Source of the DNA: Octopus sinensis | Taxonomy: Eukaryota | NCBI RefSeq assembly: GCF_006345805.1 | Contig: NC_042999.1 | Span: 127,596,001 to 127,660,000 of the forward strand | Direction of reading: 5' to 3' | Length of the DNA: 64,000 bases | Shown: positions 61,099-64,000 of the stretch, piece after piece | Numbering within the stretch: position 1 is the first letter of the stretch | How the letters are laid out: every line of letters begins with the position of its first letter | Notes under the pieces: generated by a model | Database searches by the model: none | What the model was told of the DNA's origin: nothing | The model's input: only the letters and a program-made list of their open reading frames with translations | Program-made: the position numbers and the translations under genes

Positions 61099-63057
61099 GT
61101 GAAGAAATGTACCCCACAACATAGACTGGTAGTTAGTGACTTTAGGATCAGGACTAGGAGGACAACCAGAAGACGACAAATATGGAGAAGAAGGATCTGG
61201 AAGCTTAAAGATCCTGCAAATGGACAGAGATTTAGGGACATATTAGTTGAAGCCTCTGACGAAGTAGAAGGGGATAGAGCATCACAGGGGGTAGAAGACA
61301 GCTGGACGTTTCTAAGGGACAACCTGCTGAGAGCCACTGACCAGATCTGTGGCTGGTGCAAAGTCCCCTCTCGACCTAGAATAACGTGGTGGTGGAACAA
61401 TATTGTAGACAGGGCTATTAGAGAAAAGAGACAGGCTTGGAAGGTCTGGAAAAATGGGGGTAGCAGGGAATTGTATCAGACTGCCAAAAGAGAAGCTAGG
61501 AGACAGGTTTATTTAGCGAGAGGGGAAGCAGATAAGAAAAAATTTGCCAATGTTCTGCGCCGTGAGGACCAAAGACTGGAGGTGTTTCATGTTGCAAGAC
61601 AGTGTGTGAGAGAGAATCGTGATGTGGTAGGAGAGAAGTGTGTTCGCATGGAAGATGGTTCACTTGCGCTAAATGAGGATGCAAAGAGAGAGGTTTGGAG
61701 ATGCCACTATGAAAGGTTGCTGAATGAAGAAAATGAATGGGATAAAGAGAGTCTGCCGAATGTTGACCCAACAGAGGGACCAGCTATCCGAGTTGATAGT
61801 TCTGTGGTAGCTAAGGCAATTAGAAGCATGAAGACAGGGAAAGCCCCAGGCCCATCAGGAATCACTGCAGAGACGCTCAAAATGTCTGGTAGTGTCGGCT
61901 ATAGCCTAGTCACCCATATAGTTAATCAGGTGATACACAAAGGGGTCATACCCAATGACTGGTGTAGCAGTATAATAGTCAACTGCTACAAAGGTAAAGG
62001 TGATGCCCTAGATACAAATAACTACAGAGGTATCAAGCTGTTGGACCAGGTGATGAAGGTTACGGAGAGGGTCATAGCCCAACTAATTAGAGAGAGAGTT
62101 AGTTTAGATGAGATGCAGTTTGGGTTTGTGCCAGGGAAAAGTACTACTGATGCTATATTCCTGGTAAGGCAGCTGCAGGAGAAATACCTAGCCAAAGATA
62201 AGCCCCTGTACCTGGCTTTTGTTGACATGGAGAAAGCCTTCGACAGGGTCCCCCGATCCCTTATCTGGTGGGCAATGAGAAAACTAGGGATAGATGAATG
62301 GTTAGTGAGAGCTGTGCGGGCCATGTATAGGGACGCCGCTAGAAGGGTGAGGGTTGGAAATGAGTACAGTGAAGAATTCCGGGTAGAGGTAGGGGTCCAC
62401 CAAGGCTCAGTACTCAGCCCCCTCCTATTTATCATAGTCCTCCAGGCAATAACGGAGGAATTCAAGACAGGATGCCCTTGGGAGCTCCTCTATGCTGATG
62501 ACCTTGCTCTAATTGCTGAGTCGCTATCAGAACTGGAGGAGAAGTTTCAGGTGTGGAAACAAGGATTAGAATCGAAGGGCCTCAGAGTCAATCTAGCTAA
62601 AACCAAAGTCGTAATCAGTAGGAAGGTAGACAAATCACAAACGCCTTCAGGTAGATGGCCCTGCTCGATCTGTAGAAAAGGTGTAGGTAGAAACTCTATA
62701 AGATGCACCAAGTGTAAGCTATGGACACATAAGAGATGCAGCAATGTCAAAGGAAGGCTAACTAGGAAGATGGTTTTTGTATGTGGCAGATGCTCAGGAA
62801 CAATAAACACTGAAAATGCTCTGAGACCAACTTCCGTCACTTTCCAGGGAGAAAAACTAGAAATAGTTGATAGTTTCCGTTACCTAGGTGACCAAGTCAG
62901 CAGCGGGGGCGGGTGTGCTGAAAGTGTAACTGCTAGAGTAAGAATAGCTTGGGCAAAGTTCAGAGAGCTCTTACCTCTGCTGGTGACAAAAGGCCTCTCG
63001 CACAGAGTGAAAGGCAGACTGTATGATGCGTGTGTACGAACAGCCATGCTACAGTGA
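61099..63057 (+). CDS. RTE ORF, reverse transcriptase with Cys-rich insert (uninterrupted 652 codons; true start lost)
   Basis: Motifs KAPGPSGI, YKGKGDALDTNNYRGIKLL, QFGFVPGKSTTDAI, FVDMEKAFDRV, GVHQGSVLSPLLF, LYADDL, GLRVNLAKTK, FRYLGD. Confidence 0.93.
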   Translation: MKKCTPQHRLVVSDFRIRTRRTTRRRQIWRRRIWKLKDPANGQRFRDILVEASDEVEGDRASQGVEDSWTFLRDNLLRATDQICGWCKVPSRPRITWWWNNIVDRAIREKRQAWKVWKNGGSRELYQTAKREARRQVYLARGEADKKKFANVLRREDQRLEVFHVARQCVRENRDVVGEKCVRMEDGSLALNEDAKREVWRCHYERLLNEENEWDKESLPNVDPTEGPAIRVDSSVVAKAIRSMKTGKAPGPSGITAETLKMSGSVGYSLVTHIVNQVIHKGVIPNDWCSSIIVNCYKGKGDALDTNNYRGIKLLDQVMKVTERVIAQLIRERVSLDEMQFGFVPGKSTTDAIFLVRQLQEKYLAKDKPLYLAFVDMEKAFDRVPRSLIWWAMRKLGIDEWLVRAVRAMYRDAARRVRVGNEYSEEFRVEVGVHQGSVLSPLLFIIVLQAITEEFKTGCPWELLYADDLALIAESLSELEEKFQVWKQGLESKGLRVNLAKTKVVISRKVDKSQTPSGRWPCSICRKGVGRNSIRCTKCKLWTHKRCSNVKGRLTRKMVFVCGRCSGTINTENALRPTSVTFQGEKLEIVDSFRYLGDQVSSGGGCAESVTARVRIAWAKFRELLPLLVTKGLSHRVKGRLYDACVRTAMLQ

Positions 63058-63060
63058 AAC

Positions 63061-63465
63061 ATGGGCCGTGACTGCAGTGAAACATGGGCCGTGACTGCTG
63101 AGGATATGCGTAAGCTCGCTAGAAATGAAGCCAGTATGCTCCGATGGATGTGTAATGCCGGTACTCACACTCGGCAGAGTGTAAGTACCTTGAGAGAAAA
63201 GCTGGACCTAAGAAGCATCAGTTGTGGTGTGCAAGAGAGACATTTGCGCTGGTATGGTCATGTGGCGAGAATGGATGAAGATAGTTGTGTGAAAAAGTGC
63301 CACACCCTAGCGGTTGAGGGAACCTGTGGAAGAGGCAGACCCAGGAAAACCTGGGACGAGGTGGTGAAGCACGACCTTCGAACTTTAGGTCTCACTGAGG
63401 AAATGACTAGAGACCGAGACCTCTGGAAGTGTGCTGTGCGCGAGAAGACCCGGCAGGACAAGTGA
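63061..63465 (+). pseudogene. Frameshifted C-terminal part of the RTE ORF
   Basis: SETWAVTAEDMRKLARNEASMLRWMC...LRWYGHVARMDE...GRGRPRKTW; the frame break coincides with a 23-bp tandem duplication at 63052-63097. Confidence 0.9.
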
Positions 63466-64000
63466 GTCCACAACCCGTGGCCTTCTACATGGGATGGAGC
63501 CAGCCTACGTATGCATACCTTCCCTTCTTGGGACACAAAACTCTACTTGTGAAGACGTGTTGAGGCAAGTGAGGATCAGAATCGAAATCGATCAATGGAA
63601 ATTGCGGATGTGCTACCAGTGCCGGTGGCATGTCGAAACTCTGCTTGTGAAGACCCATTGAGGCAAGTGAGGATCAGAATCGAAATCGATCAATGGAAAT
63701 TGCAGATGTGTTACCAGTGCCGGTGGCATGTAAGAGAACTTTCCGTTTTGCGACCGTTGCCAGCACCGCCCTGTTTCGTGTCCATTGCCAGCCTCGCCTG
63801 GCCCTCGTGCCGGTGGCACATAAAAAGCACCATCCGTTCGTGGCCGTTTGCCAGCTCTGTCTAGCACCAGTGCGGGTGGCACGTAAAAAGCACCCACTAC
63901 ACTCACGGAGTGGTTGGCGTTAGGAAGGGCATCCAGCCGTAGAAACACTGCCAGATTTGACTGGGCCTGATGAAGCCTTCTGGCTTCACAGACCCCAGTA

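Larger units (their letters stand above)
61085..64000 (+). mobile_element. 5'-truncated RTE-clade LINE; 3' end continues beyond the window
   Basis: Begins at the end of the APE domain (TFPGEE-CTPQHRLVVSDF); full RT domain; 3' UTR with a 98-bp tandem duplication (63541-63736) and GGTTGGCGTTAGGAAGGGCATCCAGCC tail motif. Confidence 0.95.

Noticed and set aside
61080-63948. Antisense and alternative-frame ORFs (61080-61400, 61496-61771, 62022-62465, 62547-62840, 63258-63948)
   Set aside because: Shadows of the RTE ORF and its 3' UTR repeats.
63967-63990. CTGATGA followed by an AGCC-TTCT-GGCT hairpin, resembling a hammerhead half-core
   Set aside because: No GAAA after the hairpin; it lies in the ordinary RTE tail.
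1-64000. CRISPR-like array or prokaryotic operon
   Set aside because: No regularly spaced repeats with unique spacers and no gene-dense organisation; the sequence is eukaryotic and repeat-dominated.

Overview
AT-rich, repeat-dense eukaryotic DNA. The SINE families and RTE LINE look like those of an octopod cephalopod (Octopus-like; inferred from recognised repeats, not from a search). I recognise no intact host protein-coding gene, rRNA, tRNA gene or CRISPR array. The window is mostly transposable elements: two tRNA-derived SINE families in many copies; a mariner relic (515-1380); Helitron RepHel relics (9950-10195, 13130-15790); two young, near-identical non-autonomous Helitrons (20615-21128, 50548-51044); several MITEs with clean TIRs and TSDs, one hAT MITE carrying a nested mariner; a Tx1-clade LINE 3' fragment that splits a SINE exactly in its tRNA-like head; a Penelope GIY-YIG remnant with inverted pseudo-LTRs and a (CTAACC)3 insert; three minimal hammerhead-like motifs in Penelope-type repeats; and a 5'-truncated, nearly intact RTE LINE running off the right end. 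CpG content drops sharply near 29 kb and SINEs to the right show systematic CpG>TpG/CpA decay, suggesting a methylated gene body (probably a large + strand gene starting near 28.5 kb). A few splice-bounded exon and promoter candidates are reported at low confidence.
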